A DNA stretch of 58,919 bases from a virus (IMGVR_UViG_3300036820_000021:1-58919), one strand, 5' to 3'. Positions 18,641 to 28,520 are shown, numbered from the stretch's first letter. Notes: generated from the letters alone by a model not told the origin. Numbers and translations: made by a program.

Positions 18641-19402
18641 ATGGCCGACATCGCATCGCGAGAAGTGAGTGTAAGCCCGCAACGACTGCGCAATCTGTTC
18701 CTGCGCGGTCGACCGGAGAAGCAACTCGGCACACGAGTCGAGGATGCCTTCACGCGGGCCGGCTTGCGCGTCGAGGCGATTGCCGTAACTGCTGCGGTCG
18801 ATGTCGCTGGTTACATTCTGACGGCATCAGGCTGGCACGAGGACGGCGCAGCGTTCACGTTCACGTCGCCAGCGTTCACAGGTAGCCCTGTCGACTACGC
18901 GCTACAGGCGGCGAAGCAGATCGTAACCAGCCACGTCAAGGTGACTGAACTCGATGCGACGCCAGCGCCGGCACCGAAGCCGGCGCTCACCGTAACCACT
19001 CCACCGGCCGTGCAGCCACCGTTGCCGGCATTCCTACTCAGACCAAAGGTAATTGCCATGGCAAGCACGACAAAGGCAGCGACCCACAAGGCGCTGACGT
19101 TCGCTGATCGGCTCAAGACGATCAGCAAGAAGATCGACAGCGATCTCGAGACTGGCCTCTCGACGCTCGAACAACTGGAACAGAGCGCGGCCGCGGCCAA
19201 TGCCGGCATTGCCAGCGTCGTGGCGCAGAAGACTGCGGACGTCGGAGCTCTAACCGACGTGCTCAACCAACTCACCAACGGCGACGACGCCGAGGAAACC
19301 GAGACGGAGGCGCCGAAGACCGTGCCACCGGCCAATGAGCCGAGCCTCGATCCTGACGGCAATCCCGCAACCGGCGAAACACCGACCGAGACGGCGGCGT
19401 AA
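18641..19402 (+). CDS. Hypothetical protein with coiled-coil C-terminus
   Basis: GAGG SD; long ORF. Confidence 0.55.
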   Translation: MADIASREVSVSPQRLRNLFLRGRPEKQLGTRVEDAFTRAGLRVEAIAVTAAVDVAGYILTASGWHEDGAAFTFTSPAFTGSPVDYALQAAKQIVTSHVKVTELDATPAPAPKPALTVTTPPAVQPPLPAFLLRPKVIAMASTTKAATHKALTFADRLKTISKKIDSDLETGLSTLEQLEQSAAAANAGIASVVAQKTADVGALTDVLNQLTNGDDAEETETEAPKTVPPANEPSLDPDGNPATGETPTETAA

Positions 19403-19404
19403 CC

Positions 19405-19554
19405 ATGGGCCGCTCAATCGTCTTCCTGTCCGGTGTGCTGGTCGGTCTTGCGATGGTTTACATCGCGCCCGTCGCCAGCATCATCATCGCACTGATCTGC
19501 GGTCTCAGCCTCGGCGTTCTCATCGTCATCGGCGCTGCAGATAGGTGGCTGTAA
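19405..19554 (+). CDS. 49-aa two-TM membrane peptide
   Basis: TAACCATG junctions on both sides. Confidence 0.5.
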   Translation: MGRSIVFLSGVLVGLAMVYIAPVASIIIALICGLSLGVLIVIGAADRWL

Positions 19555-19556
19555 CC

Positions 19557-19805
19557 ATGGCCGCCTTCACGATCACCATCACGTTGTCTGCCGTCATCGG
19601 CGCCCAGGCGCTCTATTCGAGCCCCGAGCACGATTTCAAAGACTACGCGGCGTGTGAGCGCGAGGTGCCGAGGATCGAGAAGGCGGTGCAGGCAATCATC
19701 AACCGCGATCCGGACAGCTTGACGCTGTTCGGCTTTGTCAGCGACCCGATCACCCGAGCGTATTTCGTAACCGAGGCAGAGTGCGACGATGGTCAAGATT
19801 ATTAG
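19557..19805 (+). CDS. Hypothetical protein
   Basis: TAACCATG start. Confidence 0.45.
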   Translation: MAAFTITITLSAVIGAQALYSSPEHDFKDYAACEREVPRIEKAVQAIINRDPDSLTLFGFVSDPITRAYFVTEAECDDGQDY

Positions 19806-20007
19806 GGCGGTCCTGATCGCCGGGCTGATCGTGGTGACGGCGCCGAACGGCGGCACGGTCTATGTCGCGCCAGCCAACGTGCAGGTCATCAGGCCAGCGG
19901 TGCAAGGCGCCATCGGCAGAACCGAGATCGTCATGAGCAACGGATCTCAGTACGTGCGCGAGCCAGCAAAAGAGGTAGCCGGGAAATTCATTCAGGCGAC
20001 CAAGTAA
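19789..20007 (+). CDS. Small beta-rich hypothetical protein (FlbD-like pattern)
   Basis: VYVAP..V..I..T.I.M.NG..YVRE...EV. Confidence 0.45.
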   Translation: MVKIIRAVLIAGLIVVTAPNGGTVYVAPANVQVIRPAVQGAIGRTEIVMSNGSQYVREPAKEVAGKFIQATK

Positions 20008-20044
20008 CCGCGTAACCATCAACAAGCAAACCAGGAGACGACAA

Positions 20045-20350
20045 ATGGGAATGCTTCAAGGCGGAAATCAAATGCCTCAAGCCGGGAATCAGATGAAAGT
20101 CGCCGGCATCAGAGAAACGCCCTTCGACAGGGTCAACCAAGCCGTGATGGCCGTGCGCCAGTTACGTGATCGCGTAGCCGATATCGTGACGCACCTTGCC
20201 GGATCGGACGATGACGATCCGACAGGCGAGGCCAACCCCGTCCCGGCCTCAAAACTCCATCAAGTCGAGCACGCGGCCGACATGATTATCGCGATCACGA
20301 GTGACGCGAACCGCATCTTGGAACGCCTCGCTACCTTGATCGGACAGTAA
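20045..20350 (+). CDS. Hypothetical protein
   Basis: AGGAG SD. Confidence 0.55.
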   Translation: MGMLQGGNQMPQAGNQMKVAGIRETPFDRVNQAVMAVRQLRDRVADIVTHLAGSDDDDPTGEANPVPASKLHQVEHAADMIIAITSDANRILERLATLIGQ

Positions 20351-20389
20351 CCGCGTAACCACCCGACCAACATCAGGAGATCACAGGCC

Positions 20390-20791
20390 ATGGAACCATC
20401 GAAAGTACCCGGCAAGAAAGCCGGACCAAACGGCAGCTTCCCGATCGGCGATAACAAACACGCGAAGCTCGCCATCGGCGGCGCGACGCACAGCTTCGAC
20501 GCCGGCAATATCGGCAAGGGCACCGAGGACAAGATCAAGGCGGAAGCCCGCGCCAAGCTCGGCGAGAGCCGCGGCGGCAAAGCCAAGCCGAAGACGTGGA
20601 AGAAGAAAAAGAGCAAGTCGGCCGAGCCAGACTTTGCGGCCGGACGCAGCACGTCCCGGACTCGTAGCTGGGGCGCGTTCGCCGGCGGCCAGGGAGCGCC
20701 GCAACAGCAAGCGCCAGGTCTCGGCGGCGCACCGCAACCGCAGCCGGGCGGCGGCCCGGAAGAAGAGGAAATGCCGGGAGCAGCGGAGTAA
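20390..20791 (+). CDS. Basic phage protein
   Basis: AGGAG SD; FPIGD.KHAK.A..KIKA.A..KLG. Confidence 0.55.
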   Translation: MEPSKVPGKKAGPNGSFPIGDNKHAKLAIGGATHSFDAGNIGKGTEDKIKAEARAKLGESRGGKAKPKTWKKKKSKSAEPDFAAGRSTSRTRSWGAFAGGQGAPQQQAPGLGGAPQPQPGGGPEEEEMPGAAE

Positions 20792-20796
20792 CCACA

Positions 20797-21315
20797 ATGG
20801 TCAAACCGAAAAAACGTTCTGCGCTCGGGGAATGGGAAGGTGACGGGCCGCAAGGTCCGTCACCGACCGTCGTGTGCGCGGTCGAACACAATCCCGCTCT
20901 GTGCAGCTTCCCGATGTGCGATTGCGCGGCGCCGAGCGACGTCGCGGCCCATGCGACGCTCGGCGCCCTACTGAGTGACGCGGTGAACACTATCGTAGCC
21001 AACTCCCCGATCACGGACGGCGTCACCGACGACGTTTCCATATCGCGCATGTACATGGACGGCGACGAATTCATGGTCGAGGCTATCGACCCAGCCGACG
21101 TGATCGCCGACGACGTCGCCGACACCGCCATGCGGCTCAACGAGGCGCTGGGCGGCGAGCGCATTGATGGTTGCCCGATGGCTGTATGCACCGGCTCTGA
21201 CAAACGGCCGACTGTCAACCCAACTGCATACACGAAGCCCCGCGCGCCCAAGCGCGATCGCGCCAAGTACATGCGCAGCTACCGGGCACAGAAGCGGGCA
21301 CCGAGGACGCAATGA
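20797..21315 (+). CDS. Hypothetical protein with C-terminal RDRAKYMRSYRA motif
   Basis: GGAG SD; motif shared with the TerS N-terminus. Confidence 0.55.
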   Translation: MVKPKKRSALGEWEGDGPQGPSPTVVCAVEHNPALCSFPMCDCAAPSDVAAHATLGALLSDAVNTIVANSPITDGVTDDVSISRMYMDGDEFMVEAIDPADVIADDVADTAMRLNEALGGERIDGCPMAVCTGSDKRPTVNPTAYTKPRAPKRDRAKYMRSYRAQKRAPRTQ

Positions 21316-21397
21316 TCCCAGCCATCGGCTTCACCGTCACATTGTTTGCCGCCCTCGCTGCGATCGCGTGGTGGGCAACACACACGGATTTCAGCAA

Positions 21398-21631
21398 ATG
21401 AGCATCGGTATCGACACCCTCCCAGGCGGCATCACCGGCCGCATCATGGATGCGGTCAAGTCAGGCGGATGGTGGACGCCGTTCGAGATCGCCCGCAAGA
21501 CCGGCGAAAAGTATGGCGACACGTCCAAGGCGATCGACATGCTGATGCAGGCCGGCGCCTTTGAGCGTCGCCACCTCGGAAGCGACAAGACCGGCGATCT
21601 GTACGCCTATCGGCTGCCAGCAGGAGAATGA
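21398..21631 (+). CDS. Winged-helix protein
   Basis: IMDAVK..WTPFEIARKTG..SKAIDML..G.FERR. Confidence 0.55.
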   Translation: MSIGIDTLPGGITGRIMDAVKSGGWWTPFEIARKTGEKYGDTSKAIDMLMQAGAFERRHLGSDKTGDLYAYRLPAGE

Positions 21632-21752
21632 GCATGGGGCAGGTCAACAAGCATTGGGTATCGGTCGCGCTGGCACTCGCCGCTGGCGCCATCGGTTACA
21701 GCGGACATGACGGCTGGGGATGGTGCCTGTTCTTCATTTTCATGATCGAGAC

Positions 21753-21989
21753 ATGACATTCGAGCGGTACACGGCGCTGAACGAATTGGCGAACCATCTG
21801 CTCGCTGAAGGCGGCAATCCTGCAGCCACAAGCGGGCTTGCCGGCGCGATCAACTCCCTGTCCGATCGCGAGCGCAAAGTGGTCAACGGCATGGTGTTCT
21901 TCTGTGAGCGGTGCGGCCGGTGGCAGGATCGCGACAACGAGCACAATAACAGCAATGTGTGCTGTCAGTGCGCGAGATCGCCGGCATGA
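21753..21989 (+). CDS. Zinc-ribbon protein
   Basis: FCERCG..CCQC; ATGA-coupled to terL. Confidence 0.5.
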   Translation: MTFERYTALNELANHLLAEGGNPAATSGLAGAINSLSDRERKVVNGMVFFCERCGRWQDRDNEHNNSNVCCQCARSPA

Positions 21990-23563
21990 CCGACGAATCG
22001 ACCGACCAGCCACAAGGCGATGCGAAACTGGACGAGAACGCGGTAGGACCGCACCTCGCCGGCATCACCGTGGCCGATTTCCTCAAGGGCATGGCATCGC
22101 CTGAGTGGCGGCTGCGAAACCTCTATTGGGTCATCGACGAGGACGGCCAAAAGGTATTGTTCATTCCGCGGCCAGAGCAGGAAAAGCTCTACCGGGAAAT
22201 GTGGTGGCGCAACATCATCTTGAAAGCGCGACAATTGGGATTCTCTCTCGCCATCCAATTGCTAATGCTCGATACGTGCCTTTTCACCGACAACACCAAC
22301 GCGGCCATCATCGCCGACACCGAGCCGAACGCGACCATCATTTTCCGCAAGGTCAAGTTCGCCTACGACAATCTGCCGTCTTCCGTGCTGGCAAGCCGCA
22401 AGCTGTCACGAGACAGCGCGACGGAATTGATCCTTTCGAACAATTCCAGCCTGCGCGTCGCCACCTCGGCGCGATCCTCGACGCTGCAATTTCTGCATGT
22501 GTCCGAGTTCGGCAAGATTTGCGCGCACTATCCGGAGCGGGCCAGGGAGATCGTCACGGGTTCGCTGCCGGCTGCGCAGTCAGGCGTAACCTTCATTGAG
22601 AGCACCGCAGAAGGTCGGGAAGGCGCCTTCTACGAGATGACGACAAAATCCAGGGCGCTCGCCGACGAGAAGAAGGCGCTGGCGCGGCTGGAATACAAGT
22701 TTCACTTCGCGCCATGGTGGGCCAACCCGCGATACCGCGATGATCCAGGCGCCATAACCATAGGCGGCAAGGATCACGACTATTTCAACAAGGTCGAAAG
22801 CCTGATCAGCCGTGAGATCGAAGCCGAACAGCGGGCTTGGTATGTGGCGACCAGGGACAACCAGTTCGGCGCCGATTGGGCGCTGATGAAGCAGGAACAC
22901 CCGAGCGTTCCGGATGAAGCTTTCGAGCAGAGCCAGCTCGGCGTCTATTACGCCGAGCAGCTTGCGTCCGCACGGCGCACCGATCGCGTAACCGACATCG
23001 CCTACGATCCTCGCGTGCCGGTCAACACGTTCTGGGACTTGGGCAAGGATGACGACACGGCCATATGGTTTCACCAGCATATCAACGGCTGGGACAACTG
23101 GATCAATTACCTCGAAGCCAGCGATCAGGCGTTCAGCTACTATGCGAAGGAGATGCAGGCGCTTGGTTACGTCTGGGGCAAGCACTACTTGCCGCACGAT
23201 GGCGATCATCGGTCATGGGGCGCTGAACAGCTTAAGACGCCCGAAGCGCTCCTGCACGATCTGGGGCTGCGCAACATCATCATCGTACCGCGGACGCCGA
23301 ACCTCACGACGGCGATTCGGCAATGCCGCGACGCCTTCCCGCGGTATCGCTTCGATCGAACGAAATGCAAGATCGGGCTGCACCACATCGACCACTATCG
23401 CAAAAGCTGGAATGAACGCCTCGGGGCATGGGCGGACATTCCGATGAAGAACGGCCATCAGCACGCACCCGACGCCTTGCGCCAGCACGCGCAAGTGTTC
23501 ATCGCCCCGAGTCGGGAAGGCGCGCACAAGCGCAAACGGCGCCCGAGCGGTTACGTCGCGTAA
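21986..23563 (+). CDS. terL: Terminase large subunit
   Basis: ILKARQLGFS (Walker A), LHVSE (Walker B), IESTA, WDLG..D nuclease, PHD, H.PDA. Confidence 0.93.
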   Translation: MTDESTDQPQGDAKLDENAVGPHLAGITVADFLKGMASPEWRLRNLYWVIDEDGQKVLFIPRPEQEKLYREMWWRNIILKARQLGFSLAIQLLMLDTCLFTDNTNAAIIADTEPNATIIFRKVKFAYDNLPSSVLASRKLSRDSATELILSNNSSLRVATSARSSTLQFLHVSEFGKICAHYPERAREIVTGSLPAAQSGVTFIESTAEGREGAFYEMTTKSRALADEKKALARLEYKFHFAPWWANPRYRDDPGAITIGGKDHDYFNKVESLISREIEAEQRAWYVATRDNQFGADWALMKQEHPSVPDEAFEQSQLGVYYAEQLASARRTDRVTDIAYDPRVPVNTFWDLGKDDDTAIWFHQHINGWDNWINYLEASDQAFSYYAKEMQALGYVWGKHYLPHDGDHRSWGAEQLKTPEALLHDLGLRNIIIVPRTPNLTTAIRQCRDAFPRYRFDRTKCKIGLHHIDHYRKSWNERLGAWADIPMKNGHQHAPDALRQHAQVFIAPSREGAHKRKRRPSGYVA

Positions 23564-23673
23564 CCACTTATCCACGCAGCGGTCAATGCTGTGTGCTTCT
23601 CCAATCAAATAAACAAATCCTGTAGCTGATCGGCTATGCAAGCGCGGAGCCTATTTCGGGACAGGAGATCACC

Positions 23674-24315
23674 TTGGTCGACACAGTCGCTCAGATCAAT
23701 TCGGTTTACGACACGCTCACAACGGTTGATGCCACCGACACGGACATTGCGGTGTGGCAGGCGTATCAATCCGACACCGGCCACGATGCCGGAAATATCG
23801 CCACCGTCGTTGATTCGGACCAAGTGCAAGGCACTGGCGTCACGACGATGGATTACTTTTGGCTGACGACGGGGCACTACTCGTCTGCCGCCACTTATGA
23901 CGGTCAGCTTGGTACGGTTTTGAGTGGCGGCCTGAGCCTCGACGGTCTCGCCGCGGCTGACGTTCAGTCCGATGTGTTCGGGCTCACGTACAATGGTGGC
24001 ACGGACGTCAACGCCAACGACGCGATCACCGCCACCGTGGTTACGGGGCTGTATGAAGCGGCCTTCGGCCACGCGCCGACCGAGCAGACGCTTGAAGGTT
24101 GGCTCGACGCCGGGCTGACGATGAAAACCGGCTTCGAATTGTTTGTCGGAAGCGAGACGTATCAATCGTATCGCCTCGCCGACGACGACTCGACGCTGAC
24201 CGGCTTCGCCGAAGCGGCGCTTGCGGGCTCTGGCGGCGGACCCGATGCGGTGCACATCGTCGGTGCGGTTACTGGCGTCGAACTGGCGAGCATGATCGCT
24301 CACCACGCCGGCTGA
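23674..24315 (+). CDS. S-layer N-terminal (RsaA/DUF4214)-like moron protein
   Basis: VTGLYEAAFGHAP..LEGW..F.GSE; own AT-rich leader and AGGAG SD. Confidence 0.55.
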   Translation: MVDTVAQINSVYDTLTTVDATDTDIAVWQAYQSDTGHDAGNIATVVDSDQVQGTGVTTMDYFWLTTGHYSSAATYDGQLGTVLSGGLSLDGLAAADVQSDVFGLTYNGGTDVNANDAITATVVTGLYEAAFGHAPTEQTLEGWLDAGLTMKTGFELFVGSETYQSYRLADDDSTLTGFAEAALAGSGGGPDAVHIVGAVTGVELASMIAHHAG

Positions 24316-24324
24316 GGCGGTCCA

Positions 24325-24777
24325 ATGGGTCGCCTCATTCGTCCCATCCTCGACCTGACACGCAACGCCTGGAAGCAACGCCACGGCGACATAACCGTTC
24401 ACGGGACTTGGTATTGGGACGAGGACGATCGCCAGTGGGTGCCCTGCCTTGCGCTCGTGCCAGCCGCGAGCGTTCTGCACTTCGAGCGCGTTCAGCCCTG
24501 CCTCGTTCCAGTAGATCACGCTTGGGCGTGGTCCGAGGAACAAGGCGGATGGCCGTATGTGGCGCAGACGGCGCTCACCTTTGCTGCCGCGCTCGGGATG
24601 CCTCCCGACACGAAAAGCGTAATCCGCGTGGCCGCCCTGATCCGCGATCACATCGAGGATTTGGTCAAGCGCGTACCGCCGCGGCCGCCAGACTCTGAAG
24701 AGACGATCATCACGGCAGACGCGGTAGCCAAGATCGACGGCCGATCACAGCACACGGAGGTTCGCGACCGTGTGTAA
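24325..24777 (+). CDS. Conserved phage protein upstream of portal
   Basis: GAGG SD; operonic position. Confidence 0.55.
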   Translation: MGRLIRPILDLTRNAWKQRHGDITVHGTWYWDEDDRQWVPCLALVPAASVLHFERVQPCLVPVDHAWAWSEEQGGWPYVAQTALTFAAALGMPPDTKSVIRVAALIRDHIEDLVKRVPPRPPDSEETIITADAVAKIDGRSQHTEVRDRV

Positions 24778-24795
24778 CGAAGGTGTGGGCGGCTA

Positions 24796-27207
24796 ATGTT
24801 TGATCAGAACGACGCCAGCGCGCAAAGCGGGCTCGACATGAGCCAGCGTCAGGTGAAGACGCGGCAGTCGCCGCTTCCCGCCGACGCTGCGCCGCCTGTC
24901 AGCCGGCAGGTGAAGCGCGCAGGCGCCCGCGAACTGCAAAAGATCGTCAAGCCGTCGCAACTCGATTCGGATGACATGCTCGACCAGCACTCGGTGCTGC
25001 TCGGGCTCTACCGTCGCGAACTCGACCGACAGTACGAGAACCGGCGCCAGCAGGAAATTGACGAGGACTACTACGACAATATCCAGTGGGATGAGAAAGA
25101 CGCCGCCGAGTTGCGCGATCGCGGGCAAATCCCGCTGGTCTACAACGTCATCTCCACCGCGCTGAATTGGGTTACGGGCACGCAAAAGCGTAGCCGCATG
25201 GATTACAAGGTGCTGCCGCGCCGCAAAGAAGATGGCAAGTCGGCAGAGGCCAAGACCGGGCTGCTCAAGTACCTGTCGGACGTCAACCGCACGCCATTCG
25301 CTAGATCCAAGTCGTTCGAGGACACCGCAAAGGTCGGCGTTGGCTGGATGGAGTGCGGCGTCGAGGATAACGACACTGGCGATCCGGTGTATTCGCGTCA
25401 CGAATCGTGGCGCTACATGCTGTGGGACAGCACGGCGAAAGAGGATGACATTACCGATGCGCGCTACATCACGCGCACGAAGTGGGTTGATACCGACATC
25501 CTCAAGGCGATCTTCCCGAAGCGCGGGCAACTGATCGACGACAGCGTTGACATCACCCAGATTTACGCCTCGGGCGTCGAAGCCGAAGGCGACGAGGCGA
25601 TGGACGCATGGGAGATCGCCGCCGAGCAATCCGGACTCCTGCACGAGCCGATCAATGGTGTGAGCCGACCGCGCGTGCGCGTCATCGAAATGTGGTTCCG
25701 GCGCCCGACCAACCACTACAAGATGGTCGGCGGCGTATTTGGCGGCGATATCTACGATTTCAGCGACGCTCACGACCGCGAGGTGCTGTCTGGCCGAGCC
25801 CAGCTAGTGAAGAAGCCAGGGATGCGCATGTACGTCGCGCTGTTTACCGCGATCGGCTTCCTCTTCTTCGGCGCCAGTCCGTACCGGCATAACCGGTTCC
25901 CGTTCACCCCGATCTGGGCGAACCGCCGCGGCCGCGATGGGATGCCCTACGGCATGATCCGCGGCCTGCGGGACATCCAACTCGACGTCAACAAGCGCGC
26001 TTCCAAGGCGTTGTTCATCCTCTCGTCCAATAAAGTCATCATGGACGAGGACGCGCTGCCGGATGACGTCACCATAGATGAGTTTGCCGAAGAGGTGGCG
26101 CGCCCGGACGGCATCATTCGCAAGAAGAAGGGCAGCGAGATCAATCTTGAGGTCGACCGCGACCTTGCGGACGCGCACTTGCAACTGCTTTCGCGCTCCA
26201 TAGCGATGATCCAGCAGACCAGCGGAATCACCGATGAGTTGATGGGCCGCCACACCAACGCCACGTCGGGAATCGCCATCCAGCGCCGGCAGGATCAGGG
26301 CTCTACCACGACCACCAATCTATTCGATCACATGCGGTTCGCGATGCAGGTGCACGGCGAGAAAGAGTTGTCGCTGGTCGAGCAGTATTACACGGAGGCG
26401 AAGCAGTTCCGCATCACCTCGGTGCGCGGCACGCCGGCCTATATGCAGATCAATACCGGCCTGCCGAAAGACGACATCACCCGCACCAAGTGCGATTTCA
26501 TCATCTCTGAGGCCGATTTCCACGCCACGCTGCGGCAAGCTGCGGCCGAGCAACTGTTGCAGGCAATGCAGGCGCTGGCGCCGGCAGCGCCGCAAGTCGC
26601 GCTCGCGATGATCGACCTGATCGTGGAGAACATGGACATCCCGAATCGGGACGAGATCGTGCAGCGGATTCGTCAGGCCACCGGCTTGCCCGATCCTGAT
26701 GCCGAACATCCGTCGCCAGAGCAGGTTCAAGCTGCCCAGCAGAAGCAAAAGCAGCAGCAGATGAACGACGCCATGGGGCAGGCGGAACTCGCCACTAAGA
26801 TGGCGAACGCCAAGCTTATGGGCGCCAAGGCGCAATCGGCCATCGCCGACGTCACACAGCGTCAGGCGCAGATCAAGCTCCTGCTCGCCCAAGCCGTCGA
26901 CGCCGGCGCCGACGCGATGCAGAAGGCCATCGCCTCCGCATTGCAAGTCCTCGGACAGCCGGACGTGACGACAATCGCCGATCACCTGTTGACCGAGATG
27001 GGATGGCAGGGCGCGGGCGATCAGCAACAGAACGCTGCGGCATTGCTCGCCGCCATCGACCAGCAGCGGCAACAGCCGCAGCAGCCAGTTCAACAGGCGG
27101 CCCCGCAAAACGGGGCTACCTCTCCGGGAGCAGCCAATGGAATAGGGCTGCCCCCACCCCCTCCCGCGCCACCCGGTGCAATGTCAGCGCCGCAGCAACA
27201 GGCGTAA
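24796..27207 (+). CDS. Portal protein (P22-like podoviral)
   Basis: D.DYYD..QW..L..RGQ.PL.YN, PYG.IR...D.Q...NKR.SK, SG.AI..RQ.QG. Confidence 0.9.
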   Translation: MFDQNDASAQSGLDMSQRQVKTRQSPLPADAAPPVSRQVKRAGARELQKIVKPSQLDSDDMLDQHSVLLGLYRRELDRQYENRRQQEIDEDYYDNIQWDEKDAAELRDRGQIPLVYNVISTALNWVTGTQKRSRMDYKVLPRRKEDGKSAEAKTGLLKYLSDVNRTPFARSKSFEDTAKVGVGWMECGVEDNDTGDPVYSRHESWRYMLWDSTAKEDDITDARYITRTKWVDTDILKAIFPKRGQLIDDSVDITQIYASGVEAEGDEAMDAWEIAAEQSGLLHEPINGVSRPRVRVIEMWFRRPTNHYKMVGGVFGGDIYDFSDAHDREVLSGRAQLVKKPGMRMYVALFTAIGFLFFGASPYRHNRFPFTPIWANRRGRDGMPYGMIRGLRDIQLDVNKRASKALFILSSNKVIMDEDALPDDVTIDEFAEEVARPDGIIRKKKGSEINLEVDRDLADAHLQLLSRSIAMIQQTSGITDELMGRHTNATSGIAIQRRQDQGSTTTTNLFDHMRFAMQVHGEKELSLVEQYYTEAKQFRITSVRGTPAYMQINTGLPKDDITRTKCDFIISEADFHATLRQAAAEQLLQAMQALAPAAPQVALAMIDLIVENMDIPNRDEIVQRIRQATGLPDPDAEHPSPEQVQAAQQKQKQQQMNDAMGQAELATKMANAKLMGAKAQSAIADVTQRQAQIKLLLAQAVDAGADAMQKAIASALQVLGQPDVTTIADHLLTEMGWQGAGDQQQNAAALLAAIDQQRQQPQQPVQQAAPQNGATSPGAANGIGLPPPPPAPPGAMSAPQQQA

Positions 27208-27222
27208 TAACCGGAGACTACG

Positions 27223-28254
27223 ATGGCCAAGCAGCAGGAAGCCGCTAAGACCGGCGCAGACACCAAGAGCGCCCACGCGGATGTTGACGATACCGTATTT
27301 GGCCCCCTGTCGGATAACGACTTGGCCGGCATGACCGACGCTGAGCGCGCCGCTATGGCACCGGACGAAGAAGAGGAAGAAGAAACCGCGGAAGGTGCAG
27401 ACGCCGATTCCGGCGACGGCGCAGCGGACGCGGATGCAGGTGACGCTGAAGCCGATGCCGATGCGGCCGAAGGCGAAGCGGACGCCGATGCTGATGCTGA
27501 GCCCGATGCGGACGCGGATGCGGGCGAAGCCGATGCCGGCGCCGATGCAGAGGCGGACCCGGAAGCTGCGGCGGCTGCAGAAGCCGAAGCCGCTGCCGCC
27601 GATCTCGACGAAGAACCCGCCATCCCTGACTGGAAGATGCCGGACAAGGCAAAGGAAACGCTGGCCTCAATCGAACAGAAAGGCACCGAGATCGCCCAAA
27701 AGTTCGACGCGGGCGATCTCACGGCCGGCGAGTTTCACGCACAGATGGCCGCCAACAGCGACGCCAAGGGCAAGCTGCTCTCGGCGATCGACAAGGCGAC
27801 CACGGCACAGGAGATGCGTGTTGCGCATTTCACCAAGGCTGTTGTGCCGCGCTTCCTGAAAGAGCACCCCGAGTACAACGGCGCGAAGAACCCGGTGCTG
27901 TACCGCGCGCTCGACGGCGAGGTGCGGGCATTGCAGGAAGCGGCCGGCAAATCGGGCGAGAACTATCTGAGCCCGGCGCTTCTGCGCAAAGCGCACGCCA
28001 ACGTGCAGAAGGCTTTCGGCCGGAAGGATGCGGCTGTGACGCCGCCCGGCAAAGGCAAAGCCAAGCCGACGCTGCCCGACAAGAGCCAGAAGCCCGACAC
28101 ACCGCGGACGCTGGCGCGCGTGCCGGCCGATAGCGTCGATGATCTGGACGGCGGCAAGTTCGAGCGAATGGACCGACTGCGAGCGACAGATTACGAGACC
28201 GCTTTCGAGAAGATGTCTCAGGCCGAGCGCGACGAGTACCTGCGCACGGCGTAA
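27223..28254 (+). CDS. Scaffolding protein
   Basis: Very acidic DA/EA-rich N-terminus; between portal and capsid. Confidence 0.7.
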   Translation: MAKQQEAAKTGADTKSAHADVDDTVFGPLSDNDLAGMTDAERAAMAPDEEEEEETAEGADADSGDGAADADAGDAEADADAAEGEADADADAEPDADADAGEADAGADAEADPEAAAAAEAEAAAADLDEEPAIPDWKMPDKAKETLASIEQKGTEIAQKFDAGDLTAGEFHAQMAANSDAKGKLLSAIDKATTAQEMRVAHFTKAVVPRFLKEHPEYNGAKNPVLYRALDGEVRALQEAAGKSGENYLSPALLRKAHANVQKAFGRKDAAVTPPGKGKAKPTLPDKSQKPDTPRTLARVPADSVDDLDGGKFERMDRLRATDYETAFEKMSQAERDEYLRTA

Positions 28255-28280
28255 CCACGCCAAACGGATGAGGCCGCACA

Positions 28281-28505
28281 ATGTTGGTGAAGGACGTAAG
28301 GATCGGCGAGACTGTTGAGTTCGAGCACATGCAACACGGCATGTTCGGCTCAATGCGCGTCGAATCCAAGACGGGCAACGTTGTGCGGCTCATATTTGAT
28401 GTGCCGCGCAGCATCATCATCCGCGCAATCGAGCGGGCTTCCACAAATTTCTATGGATTGCGCGGCGCAGAACGACACCAAGGCTTGCAACGCACCGCTC
28501 TTTGA
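28281..28505 (+). CDS. CsrA/RsmA-like RNA-binding translational regulator
   Basis: ML....RIGET...V....GNVVRL....P...I.R aligns to CsrA ML....RVGET...V....GNQVRI....P...VHR with a 5-aa insertion. Confidence 0.75.
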   Translation: MLVKDVRIGETVEFEHMQHGMFGSMRVESKTGNVVRLIFDVPRSIIIRAIERASTNFYGLRGAERHQGLQRTAL

Positions 28506-28520
28506 TAAAGGACAATCCCC

